A stretch of DNA of 64,000 nucleotides from the NCBI GenBank assembly GCA_030614715.1, contig JAUWTM010000003.1, forward strand, positions 13,763 to 77,762, written 5' to 3'. Both the position numbers and the translations under genes were made by a program. Shown here in pieces: positions 45,060 through 54,029 of this stretch. The first letter of the stretch is position 1; each line of letters opens with the position of its first letter. The notes beneath the pieces were generated by a model. It did not search any database and was not told where the DNA came from. It saw only the letters and a list, made by a program, of their open reading frames with translations. This stretch comes from Planctomycetota bacterium. Its GTDB lineage: Bacteria > JAJVIF01 > JAPKYR01.

Positions 45060-46937
45060 TTAAAAGTCCATCTGGTAGACGTAAACTCCGTCCTCAATAC
45101 TGCTGGTCAATTTCAACCCGCAGCGGTTAAAAACATGCTGCATTGCCCTGTTCTGCGGGAAGGTCTCGGCTGTGAATCCTGCAATACCGTAACTCCTTGC
45201 GATATTTGTAAGGTGCTGGAACAGGAACGACCCAATACCATGTTTCTGCCAGCTGTCGTGAACCAGGAACGCAACCTCCGCCCTGTTTGTCTTCGGGTCC
45301 AGGTAGTAACCGCCCATCGCGATGATCTCTTCTCCGTGTGCTTCCTCGAGCGTACCCACGATCACGACCTCGGTACGGTGATCGATAAAGACAAGGTCGT
45401 GAATCTGCTTGTGCTGGAGACGTTTCATCCTTGACATGAACCTCAGGTACACGCTCTCCTCGGATAGTGCGTAGAAGAGGTCCTTGACCCGGTCCGGATC
45501 TGTCGGGTGTATCGGCCTGAAGTTAATAAGTGTCCCGTCATTCAGGATGTATGTCGCGCGCAGGTCCGACGGTCCGACATGAATTCTCCCCCCCAGCTCT
45601 ATCATCCTGCGGTGCAGGTAATTCGCTACGATAGCTTCCTTGAGCAGCTTCTCGCGGAAATCGGGATGCGCTATGCTGATCAGTGCAAGCGTGCGTTCCT
45701 GTATGCTTTTTCCGTGCAGGTATGCCGAACCGAATTCGGTGACAACATAATGCACATCGCCACGGGTTGTAACGACCCCTGCCCCTTTGCTTAAGTGGGC
45801 AACGATCCTCGAAACTTTCCCGTCCTTCGCGGTCGACGGCAATGCGATGATCGCTTTCCCACCGTTCGACATCGCCGCGCCCCTGTTGAAATCCGCCTGC
45901 CCTCCGATCCCTGAATAAATCATTGTTCCAAGCGAATCAGAACAGACCTGTCCTGTCAGGTCGACTTCGAGCGCCATGTTCACGGCGACCTGTTTATGCT
46001 GCCGTCCGATCACGACCTGATCGTTCACATATTCTGTTGGCCTGAATGAAAAGACCGGGTTATTGTCTATGTAATCGTACAGTCGACGTGTTCCCAGGCA
46101 GAAACTGGTAACGATTTTTCTCTTGTCTACCGACTTGCATGCCCCGGTTATTACACCGGACTCCACGAGATCGATGATTGCATCGTTAATCATCTCTGAA
46201 TGTACACCAAGGTCTTCCTTACCCTTGAGGTATTCAAGTACTGCCTGGGAGATTCCACCGATCCCGACCTCGATAGTCGATCCGTCATCTATCAACGCCG
46301 CAACGTACTCGCCAATCTTGCTGGTAATATCGTTTCGATCCGGTGCGACATATTCCAGTAACGGCAAATCACCGGGAACCAGGTAATCAAAATCGTGAAC
46401 GTGCAGGTTGCAGTCGCCACGGGTCCTCGGCATTTGCGGGTTAACCTGGGCAATAACAATCGATGCATTCTCAGCCGCGCTCTTAGCAATATCTACCGAT
46501 ATCCCTAGGCTGCACATGCCGTCCTCGTCCGGCGGCGTGACCTGTATCAGTGCAGCGTCCAGGGGAAGCTGTCCGGACGTGAACAGGTCGGGGATGTCCG
46601 AAAGGAAGATCGGTGTGTATTCAGCATGCCCATCGCTGACGAGTTCCCTGATATTCCCGGTAACATAGAAACTGTTCATCCTGAAGTACTGCGCGAGATC
46701 CTTTGTTGCGTAAGGCGCGTCCCCGAACGTCAGCAGCTGGACAATCTCAATGTCCGCAAGCTCCTTCGACACCTGTACCAGCGCTTCGGTAAGTTTTAAC
46801 GGCTGGGCGCATCCTGTCGATATAAAAACGCGGCTCCCCGGACGAATATAACTTACCGCTTTTCTCGCAGTAGTCAGCAGGTCGGGATACTTACCCTCCC
46901 AGTCCGGATCGTAATTTCTCTTTGACTGTTCAGCCAT
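45060..46937 (-). CDS. Acetyl-CoA hydrolase/transferase family domain fused to C-terminal GNAT acetyltransferase domain
   Basis: N-terminal ~430 aa resemble 4-hydroxybutyrate/acetate CoA-transferases (..GSRVFISTGCAQPLKLTEAL..). The C-terminal ~150 aa carry GNAT motif A (WQKHGIGSFLFQHL..) and ..NRAMQHVFNRCGLK... Confidence 0.75.
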   Translation of the reverse strand: MAEQSKRNYDPDWEGKYPDLLTTARKAVSYIRPGSRVFISTGCAQPLKLTEALVQVSKELADIEIVQLLTFGDAPYATKDLAQYFRMNSFYVTGNIRELVSDGHAEYTPIFLSDIPDLFTSGQLPLDAALIQVTPPDEDGMCSLGISVDIAKSAAENASIVIAQVNPQMPRTRGDCNLHVHDFDYLVPGDLPLLEYVAPDRNDITSKIGEYVAALIDDGSTIEVGIGGISQAVLEYLKGKEDLGVHSEMINDAIIDLVESGVITGACKSVDKRKIVTSFCLGTRRLYDYIDNNPVFSFRPTEYVNDQVVIGRQHKQVAVNMALEVDLTGQVCSDSLGTMIYSGIGGQADFNRGAAMSNGGKAIIALPSTAKDGKVSRIVAHLSKGAGVVTTRGDVHYVVTEFGSAYLHGKSIQERTLALISIAHPDFREKLLKEAIVANYLHRRMIELGGRIHVGPSDLRATYILNDGTLINFRPIHPTDPDRVKDLFYALSEESVYLRFMSRMKRLQHKQIHDLVFIDHRTEVVIVGTLEEAHGEEIIAMGGYYLDPKTNRAEVAFLVHDSWQKHGIGSFLFQHLTNIARSYGIAGFTAETFPQNRAMQHVFNRCGLKLTSSIEDGVYVYQMDF

Positions 46938-49038
46938 TATTATCGTTTGCTACCGACAGGATCATCCTGGCATCCACGACAACCGGTGGATTGCCGATTT
47001 CCCTGACCACGAATGGATTTATGTCCAGTTCCGCGATCTGGGGAAAATCAGTGACAAGCTGGCTTATTCGCTGGAGACCACTCGCTACCGCCTGGAGGTC
47101 TATTCCCGCCTGTCCGTGACGCTCCTTCAGCAGCTTGTACGACCGCGTACTCTTGAGCATCTGCATCGCTTCTTCCTGCGTGATCGGCGCAAGGTAGAAA
47201 GTCACGTCCTCCATGACCTCCACGAAAATTCCCCCCAGGCCGAACATCAGCATCGGACCGAAATCCGGATCCAACCTTGTCCCTATGATCACCTCGAGTC
47301 CCGGCGAACACATCTGCTCCACGTAAACACCCTCGACCCGGGACTTCGGGGCTCTACGGTTGACACGCAGCATCATGAGTTCGAATGTATCCCTCACGGC
47401 ATCCGCATTTGCGACGTTAAGTTTCACGCCGCCGACATCTGACTTGTGAATGATGTCGTACGACGCAATCTTCATGGCTACCGGATAACCGATCCTTTCA
47501 GCAACTTCTACAGCGTCCTCGGCATTGTTGGTAATACCACCATCCGGTACGTTGAAATCGTAAGCGCGCAGAATCTCCTTCGCCTGGACCTCCGTGATCT
47601 CCGCGTGTCCCCTTTTAATGTGCCTGTTGATAACACGCTCGACTCGCCGCCTGTTAACAGGGAACCTCGTGACTACCCTCGGCGGTCGCTTTCGCCACGC
47701 AGAATAGTCAACCATGGCTTTCATTGCCTTAGCCGCTTGTTCCGGGGAAATAAAATACGGCAGGTTCAATGCAGCGAGTTCGTCACGTCCCGGACTCATC
47801 TCATCCCCACCCATGAACACCGAAAGAAGCGGCTTCTCACCCTTCAGGCAGTCCTTCAGGGCACGGGCTGTCTCGGCCGGCTGCGTCCTCTCCTGGTTGG
47901 TCATTATTACGATCAGGCCATCGACATTCTCATCATCCTGCAATGTCGTGACAGCTTCCACGTACCTGTCGGGACCGGCGTCTCCAATCAGGTCGATCGG
48001 ATTGCCAACCATCGCTGCAGGTGGAAATTTACCTTTCAATAACTTAATTGATGCTTCACCGGGCTCCGCCATCTGCAGGCCTAGACGGTCGATTGCATCG
48101 ACAGCCATAACTCCCGGTCCGCCTGCATTCGTGATGATCACAATACGGTCTCCGTCCGGTAGCGGCTGAAGTCCGAAGGCAGTAGCAAAATCAAGGAGAT
48201 CACCGAATGTGTCGGCGCGGACGACGCCGGAACGTTTGAAAGCGGCACCGTAGCCAATCGACCCGCTGTTTACCTCACCAGTGTGTTTTATCGCAGCCCT
48301 GCCACCTGCTTTGGTAGTTCCGACTTTCAATATAATGACTGGTTTCGTTGAAGCTGCGATCTCCGCCGCCTTAACAAATCCGTCACCGGATGAAATAGTT
48401 TCCAGGTAACCGCAGATCACTTCGGTCTGTTCGTCGGCAGCCAGTGCTTCAAGGAAGTCGATCTCGTTAAGGTCGGCCTTATTCCCGAGGCTCGCGAACT
48501 TGGCAAGGCCGAGGTGACGGCCATGCGCCCAGTCAACGATTGTCGAACACACAGCTCCGGATTGTGAAAAGATCGAGATGCTTCCCCGAGACGGCATTTT
48601 CCTCGCAACTGAGGCGTTCAGGTTGTTTTCGGTGTTGATCAATCCCAGTGAGTTTGGTCCGAGGAGACGCACGCCTGCATTTGAGCACATTTCCGCGATT
48701 TCATTTTCCCTGTCGACGCCCTCGCCACCGACCTCCTTGAATCCCGCACCGAGTACGGTCACCGCCTTTGCCCCCGCGGTGATTGATTCCCTGACTGCAT
48801 CCACCACCAGCGGTGCCGGGACGACGATGATGCTGAGATCGATTTCCTTTCCGTAAGTTTTAAGATCCGGGTAACACGCAAGGTCCAGAATGGAATCCGC
48901 GTTAGGGTTTACAGGTATAATCGTTCCATTAAATCCACAATCGACCAGGTTTCGAACAACCCTGTGGCCGAACTTGTCAGGTGATCTGGATGCGCCTATT
49001 ACTGCAATGCTTTGCGGATTTAACAGCGATTCAAGCAT
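46930..49038 (-). CDS. ADP-forming (NDP-forming) acyl-CoA synthetase, fused alpha/beta domains
   Basis: CoA-binding LLNPQSIAVIGASRSPDKFGHRV, ligase-CoA and ATP-grasp regions. I prefer the start at ATG 49038 (AAGGTGG upstream). The track start at 49101 adds 21 non-conserved residues. Confidence 0.8.
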   Translation of the reverse strand: MLESLLNPQSIAVIGASRSPDKFGHRVVRNLVDCGFNGTIIPVNPNADSILDLACYPDLKTYGKEIDLSIIVVPAPLVVDAVRESITAGAKAVTVLGAGFKEVGGEGVDRENEIAEMCSNAGVRLLGPNSLGLINTENNLNASVARKMPSRGSISIFSQSGAVCSTIVDWAHGRHLGLAKFASLGNKADLNEIDFLEALAADEQTEVICGYLETISSGDGFVKAAEIAASTKPVIILKVGTTKAGGRAAIKHTGEVNSGSIGYGAAFKRSGVVRADTFGDLLDFATAFGLQPLPDGDRIVIITNAGGPGVMAVDAIDRLGLQMAEPGEASIKLLKGKFPPAAMVGNPIDLIGDAGPDRYVEAVTTLQDDENVDGLIVIMTNQERTQPAETARALKDCLKGEKPLLSVFMGGDEMSPGRDELAALNLPYFISPEQAAKAMKAMVDYSAWRKRPPRVVTRFPVNRRRVERVINRHIKRGHAEITEVQAKEILRAYDFNVPDGGITNNAEDAVEVAERIGYPVAMKIASYDIIHKSDVGGVKLNVANADAVRDTFELMMLRVNRRAPKSRVEGVYVEQMCSPGLEVIIGTRLDPDFGPMLMFGLGGIFVEVMEDVTFYLAPITQEEAMQMLKSTRSYKLLKERHGQAGIDLQAVASGLQRISQLVTDFPQIAELDINPFVVREIGNPPVVVDARMILSVANDNNG

Positions 49039-49159
49039 GCGCCACCTTATCGATGGTTTATTTTCAACGTGATGGGATCCCCCCCTTATCCGAAGACCCA
49101 TCGTATATAAATGCCTGCCGCAGTTGTATATGTCAAGACGTTAAGTAAAATTTTGGATG

Positions 49160-49963
49160 TCATTTATTGAATTCACGCAGGATCTCCTCGTTCATTTCAG
49201 TAAACCAGCGGTCGCTTTCCCTGATCACTTTTCTCTTCAATCGACCGTAGCTTTCCAGCAGCCTGCGTCCCCCTTTTGTCAGCCGCGATCCGCCTCCAGC
49301 CTTTCCTCCGGTCTGCCTGTCGATTAATTCGAATCCTAGACGTTCCTCCGCACGTTTGATGTCTCCCCACGCGTGACGGTACGAAATTCCCTCCTCCTTC
49401 GCGGCTTTCGTCAGGCTACCGAGGAGGTCGATACCCTGCAGCAGTCGAGCCAGTCCCTCGCCAAACACAACCTTTCCCTCAACACCGAACCAGATCTTGG
49501 TCCGTATCGATAACTTCTTTTTTAATAGAAACTCCTGCTGGGATTCCATGATGTGCATGATCTTAGTCACGGCTTTAGCCGGCAGCTTCAGTTTTCCAAA
49601 AACAGATTTCCACTTAGGTTTATTGCCGTCCAGACCTACAAGAATATTTGCAGCATTGCGGAATTTAAATGAATCTACACGACGGTCACCGTTGAGCTGG
49701 TCAAGGAATATGGTCACGTCGGCATCGAGTTTTCCAACTAACCGGTTGGACTCGACAATGCAGTGCCTGTGCTTACCCTTGAGTCCGACGATGAACCTAA
49801 GGCCATCCTCGGAGGACGTAAAAAAGTTGGCAGGTCCATCCTTCCTTCGCTTGCCACGCCCGATTTTCACATATACGGCGTCCGGCAGGACCTTTGCAAG
49901 GTCCTGTGACAGGGTTGTTTTACCAAGCCCTGAACTTGAGCCGGATATGAGCCATATTTTCAT
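49160..49963 (-). CDS. MobB-like P-loop domain fused to ModE-type winged-helix DNA-binding domain (no Mop/TOBE domain)
   Basis: N-terminus MKIWLISGSSSGLGKTTL (Walker A). The C-terminus GISYRHAWGDIKRAEERLGFELIDRQTGGKAGGGSRLTKGGRRLL matches the E. coli ModE N-terminal block (GISYKSAWDAIN...TGGKGGGGA.LT). The start overlaps the upstream stop (TAATG). Confidence 0.75.
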   Translation of the reverse strand: MKIWLISGSSSGLGKTTLSQDLAKVLPDAVYVKIGRGKRRKDGPANFFTSSEDGLRFIVGLKGKHRHCIVESNRLVGKLDADVTIFLDQLNGDRRVDSFKFRNAANILVGLDGNKPKWKSVFGKLKLPAKAVTKIMHIMESQQEFLLKKKLSIRTKIWFGVEGKVVFGEGLARLLQGIDLLGSLTKAAKEEGISYRHAWGDIKRAEERLGFELIDRQTGGKAGGGSRLTKGGRRLLESYGRLKRKVIRESDRWFTEMNEEILREFNK

Positions 49964-50274
49964 TACGGGAAGCACCCCAGCTGGCACTCATTAATCCTGA
50001 TGTCAAGGTGATTCATGAGTTCACCCATGACGCGACGCTCAATTTTCATCTTCGACGCGGCTGCGAAAGCGTAAGGGCATGTAACACGTCCCCCCGCATG
50101 CAATACGCCTGTTTCACAGATTTCTTTATCTTCCGGCCAGTCAATGACCACACCTGCACCGTCGGCAGATGTCGCCCATTCAACCGTAATTCCCGCGTCA
50201 CCGAAAAATTTCTCCAGGTTCTCCTTCGCCGAATCCGACGGATTATCCAGGTAGATCTTTGTCGTCTCACTCAT
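49963..50274 (-). CDS. Small conserved-Cys hypothetical protein (103 aa)
   Basis: Translationally coupled on both sides: ATGA with fdhD, TAATG with the MobB::ModE gene. Four Cys: EIC, TCPY, NECQLGC. Confidence 0.5.
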   Translation of the reverse strand: MSETTKIYLDNPSDSAKENLEKFFGDAGITVEWATSADGAGVVIDWPEDKEICETGVLHAGGRVTCPYAFAAASKMKIERRVMGELMNHLDIRINECQLGCFP

Positions 50275-51092
50275 GTTGTAATTCGCTCCTCATTTGAATA
50301 AATGTTGAATCGATTACCCCGTGCAAACCCGATCAGGGTTATTCCAAACTCTCTTGCTAACTGTACGGCACCCCTGGTCGGAGCTGAGTGTGAAATTACG
50401 TATTCCACATCGCCCCGTACCGACTTCGCGACAATGTCACTCGACAGACGCCCGCTCGAGAGTATTATTTTTCGCCCAGGTATTTTTTCCGGGTTCAAAT
50501 GCATCCATCCCACAATTTTATCGATGCAGTTATGTCTTCCAATGTCCTCTGAGATATGAATCAGTTCCTCACCGTCGCTGAGAGCCGCGATGTGAACTCC
50601 CCCGGTCTCCTGGAACAATTTCGATGCCTTGAGCAACCCTCGCATCAGGCCTTGTACGGCTTCCGCCTTCAGCGTGCTCACCGATTCCACTTTTCTGAAC
50701 AATTGCGACTGAAGTGGATCGACGAACGACACGCCAGCACCACAGCCTGAGGTCACTGACCGTACCGTGGGGATATTTGTGCTCGGAATGTCTTCCCCAG
50801 TCTTAACGACTACCGCGTGCAGACCTTCCCGGAACTCTATATCCCGAATGGCCGAAGGGTCATTGATCACGCATTCTGTGTAAAGGAACCCGACTGCCAG
50901 TTCTTTTACCTCATTAAGAAGCGACTGCAGCGCGACAATCTCACGGTCGTTCACAAAGATCCGAAGCGATGTCTCACGTACAACCGGGTCCTCTACTTCC
51001 ACAAGGCCGTCAGCCCGGGAGTAACGCACAATATCCATATCGTCCCAGAGGAATTCAGAGGACATTGCTGTCCTCCCATTTCTTAAAATCAT
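50271..51092 (-). CDS. fdhD: Formate dehydrogenase accessory sulfurtransferase FdhD
   Basis: ..GGVHIAAL.., ..EDIGRHNCIDKIVG.., ..LSSGRLSSDIVAKS... An alternative start at 51065 is possible. Confidence 0.85.
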   Translation of the reverse strand: MILRNGRTAMSSEFLWDDMDIVRYSRADGLVEVEDPVVRETSLRIFVNDREIVALQSLLNEVKELAVGFLYTECVINDPSAIRDIEFREGLHAVVVKTGEDIPSTNIPTVRSVTSGCGAGVSFVDPLQSQLFRKVESVSTLKAEAVQGLMRGLLKASKLFQETGGVHIAALSDGEELIHISEDIGRHNCIDKIVGWMHLNPEKIPGRKIILSSGRLSSDIVAKSVRGDVEYVISHSAPTRGAVQLAREFGITLIGFARGNRFNIYSNEERITT

Positions 51093-51630
51093 CCGGCGTG
51101 TTCACGTTATGGAATGCCCTGTCGTTATCAATATAAACAGTGTTGTGATCGACGCCCCTGAAGAACCTCAGGGCCGCGTGATGCCCACTTTTCAGTGCAG
51201 TATCCAGAACATCGACAAGCTCACTGCTGACAACCGAGCAAAGCGGATGCTCGTTGGTTTCGGTGACTGCAAAAACAACCTGCGCTGGATTTTCGAGGGT
51301 GTATTGAAGTAGTTTTCTAATTTCAGCAGCGGTTATGCCCGGAAGGTCGCACGGGAGCACCAGAATTCTCTCCGCTCCAGTCTCCACAAGCGCGCTGTGG
51401 ATTCCCGCAAGAGGTCCGCAGCCGGGATACCTGTCCTGTACCATCGGAAGCCCGAGGTCACTGTATATTTCCGAGTCATCCGTGGAGAGATGGATGTCAG
51501 TGATTCCCGCTGCACGGATCTCATCCGCAATTTTACCGACAAGCGTAGTATCACCGACCGTCTCAAGACCCTTGGGACGTCCGTAGCGAAGGCTTTTTCC
51601 TCCAAAAATTATGACAGCGGTTGTAATCAT
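51055..51630 (-). CDS. mobA: Molybdenum cofactor guanylyltransferase MobA
   Basis: AVIIFGGKSLRYGRPKGL, ..GPLAGIHSAL.., ..VLPCDLPGI... Confidence 0.85.
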   Translation of the reverse strand: MITTAVIIFGGKSLRYGRPKGLETVGDTTLVGKIADEIRAAGITDIHLSTDDSEIYSDLGLPMVQDRYPGCGPLAGIHSALVETGAERILVLPCDLPGITAAEIRKLLQYTLENPAQVVFAVTETNEHPLCSVVSSELVDVLDTALKSGHHAALRFFRGVDHNTVYIDNDRAFHNVNTPDDFKKWEDSNVL

Positions 51631-51636
51631 TTCTTC

Positions 51637-52179
51637 CTAATGAGTATGCAGATGGTCCTTTTCACCAAGTTTTTTACCACACTCGTGCGACTCTCCCCTC
51701 ACGGTCTCAAGCGCATGCGGGAGCAGCGGCAGAAGGGATTCCAGCGACTGCATCGCTCCGCGTTCGCTTCCCGGAACGTTAATAATCAGGCTGCTCCCGC
51801 GAATTCCCACAATTCCCCGCGACAGGTACGCCCTGATCGTCTTAGTGCCGCCTTCGTGACGCAAATACTCTGAAAGACCCGGTATCTCTTTCTCAACAAC
51901 CTCTCCAGTGGCTTCCGGTGTGACATCCCGTGGTGCGAGTCCCGTTCCACCGGTCGTCAGGACAAGGTCTATACCATCGTCATCGACCAGTTTCTTTAAC
52001 ACGGCAACAATATCCTCTTTCTGATCGGGCACAATCACCGGGTCATTCGCTTCCGCACCATGATCCCGAAGCACACCGGTAAGCATCGGCCCGACAGTGT
52101 CCACGCGTTCGCCGGATGAGCGTGAGTCCGACATTGTCACAATCTGTGCCTTATACGACTTCAACGGTTTGTCCGACAC
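51637..52179 (-). CDS. mogA: MogA/MoaB-family molybdopterin adenylyltransferase
   Basis: ..AQIVTMSDSRSSGERVDTVGP.., ..LVLTTGGTGLAPRDVTPEAT... It overlaps the upstream gene by 29 nt. Confidence 0.8.
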   Translation of the reverse strand: MSDKPLKSYKAQIVTMSDSRSSGERVDTVGPMLTGVLRDHGAEANDPVIVPDQKEDIVAVLKKLVDDDGIDLVLTTGGTGLAPRDVTPEATGEVVEKEIPGLSEYLRHEGGTKTIRAYLSRGIVGIRGSSLIINVPGSERGAMQSLESLLPLLPHALETVRGESHECGKKLGEKDHLHTH

Positions 52180-53056
52180 TGACCTCGCCTCCTTTGATTA
52201 CAGCTGCGAAAATTCCCTCACGGGGCATCGGGCAGTCTCCGACCTGTTTTTTAATAGCACAAGCCGCGTGACATTCCTTCCCAATCTGCGTGACCTCAAG
52301 TTCCACATCGCCTATTCGCAATTTTGTGCAAACCGGAAGCTCGTGGGGCATGAAGCCCTCGATTGTCAGGTTCTCCCCGAAATCACCCGGTTTAACATCA
52401 AGCCCCTTTGCATTGAGTTTTTTATGAGACTCGATGCTGATAATTGAAACCTGGCGTTTCCCCGGTGCAGCGTGGGCATCGCCCTCGACTCCGTAACCTT
52501 CGATAAGTTTTATCGTCCCTACGTTAACTTTTACAGTGCCCTTTTTTTCGCTGACGCATGCCGCGAGAATCTTCGCGGTCCTTTTCTCCTCACTGCGCAC
52601 ATAATGACCTGACCGTCCTCCGGATTTCTCCAGCAGACGTATACCGCAGATTCTCATGGACTTGTCGGCAGCCTTGCACATATCGTAGATGGTCAGTGCC
52701 GCGACCGACACAACTGTCAGCGCTTCCATCTCGATACCTGTTTTCCCGGTGGTCACAACTTTCGCGGTTATCTCAATGCCATTTTTTTCAAACTTAAAAT
52801 CAACAGAAGCCTGCTCAACAGGAAGCAGATGGCAGAGCGGTACCAGCTCGCTCGTGCGTTTCGCAGCCTGGATTCCAGCTACCCGCGCAACCGCAAGTAC
52901 GTCACCCTTCGGGATTGCTCCGGACTGAATCGCGTCAAGGACGTCCGGACGTATGTAAATAAATCCGCCTGCGATCGCTATACGCTTTGTTATGTCCTTG
53001 TCAGAAACGTCGACCATTCTTGCATTGCCTTTTTCATCGAGATGACTCAGTTCCAT
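52151..53056 (-). CDS. moaC: Cyclic pyranopterin monophosphate synthase MoaC fused to a C-terminal MOSC domain
   Basis: MoaC part: LSHLDEKGNARMVDVSDK..KGDVLAVARVAGIQAAKRTSELVPLCH. MOSC-like part: ..GDAHAAPGKRQVSIIS..GDFGENLTIEG..IGDVELEVTQIGKECH. Start at ATG 53056 (GGGAGG RBS), 1 nt after the moaA stop. Confidence 0.8.
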   Translation of the reverse strand: MELSHLDEKGNARMVDVSDKDITKRIAIAGGFIYIRPDVLDAIQSGAIPKGDVLAVARVAGIQAAKRTSELVPLCHLLPVEQASVDFKFEKNGIEITAKVVTTGKTGIEMEALTVVSVAALTIYDMCKAADKSMRICGIRLLEKSGGRSGHYVRSEEKRTAKILAACVSEKKGTVKVNVGTIKLIEGYGVEGDAHAAPGKRQVSIISIESHKKLNAKGLDVKPGDFGENLTIEGFMPHELPVCTKLRIGDVELEVTQIGKECHAACAIKKQVGDCPMPREGIFAAVIKGGEVSVGQTVEVV

Positions 53057-53057
53057 G

Positions 53058-54029
53058 TCAGCCTCCCACCTTTGACATGCCGCTTCCAATGTGTTCAAGC
53101 GTCCTGCCCGTTTTACGCGCGATGAAATCAGTAACTTTCTCGATGAACTCATCATCCGTCACGCCTGACAGTGCATTGAGCTGGAGTTCATCAGAACTGT
53201 AAAGACACGACCGAAGTGTGCCCTGGCAGTCGATTCGAATGCGGTTGCATGTCCCGCAGTATGGTTCCGAAGTGCCGGGAATTATTTCGAACTGGTAGTC
53301 ATTGTTCTCGAACCCGTAACGACGGGCGATCTTTCCATGAGTCCCGTTCGCAGCTTTAATTTCGCGCACCTTCCCGAATGCGTTATCAAGCTCCTTCACT
53401 ATCTCGGCTTCAACAGGTCCCCTGCCATCGATATCCACGCGGGTCAGGGTCGACGGTGGCATGAATTCGATGAACCTGGACATGTAACCCTCGCGGTTTG
53501 CCCATTCCACAAACTCACAAGCCTCGTTGAATCCCGGAAGCAGGACGGTGTTGATCTTGATCGGATCGAACCCGGCTTCGCGCGCGGTCCTGAGACCCCT
53601 GAGAACGTCTTGAAGGTTACCGCCACCGGTGATGTACCTGTATTTATCGGGATCGATTGAATCCAGTGAGACATTCACCCGGGATAGTCCGGCTTTGTAC
53701 AGCGCCTGTGCCTTGCCAGCAAGCAATACGCCATTAGTAGTCAGTGTAATTTCCCCCAGGTTCGGTATGCAGGAAATTATCTCAACCAGGAACTCGATAT
53801 TCTTCCTGCCGAGTGGTTCTCCTCCTGTCAGACGTATCTTATCAATACCGAACAGTTCAATAAACCGTGCGGCAAGACCCGCAAGTTCCTCGAGACGGAG
53901 GACATTTCTGTACGATGTAAAATCAATACCCTCCTCGGGAATGCAGTAGATACACCTCTGGTTGCAGCGATCCGTCACTGACAGCCGAAGATAACTGATC
54001 TTTCTCCCGAGTTTATCTTTGAGTTCCAT
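53058..54029 (-). CDS. moaA: GTP 3',8-cyclase MoaA (radical SAM)
   Basis: YLRLSVTDRCNQRCIYCIPEE (CxxxCxxC), C-terminal CGTCNRIR. I prefer the start at ATG 54029 (GAGGAA RBS). Confidence 0.9.
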   Translation of the reverse strand: MELKDKLGRKISYLRLSVTDRCNQRCIYCIPEEGIDFTSYRNVLRLEELAGLAARFIELFGIDKIRLTGGEPLGRKNIEFLVEIISCIPNLGEITLTTNGVLLAGKAQALYKAGLSRVNVSLDSIDPDKYRYITGGGNLQDVLRGLRTAREAGFDPIKINTVLLPGFNEACEFVEWANREGYMSRFIEFMPPSTLTRVDIDGRGPVEAEIVKELDNAFGKVREIKAANGTHGKIARRYGFENNDYQFEIIPGTSEPYCGTCNRIRIDCQGTLRSCLYSSDELQLNALSGVTDDEFIEKVTDFIARKTGRTLEHIGSGMSKVGG

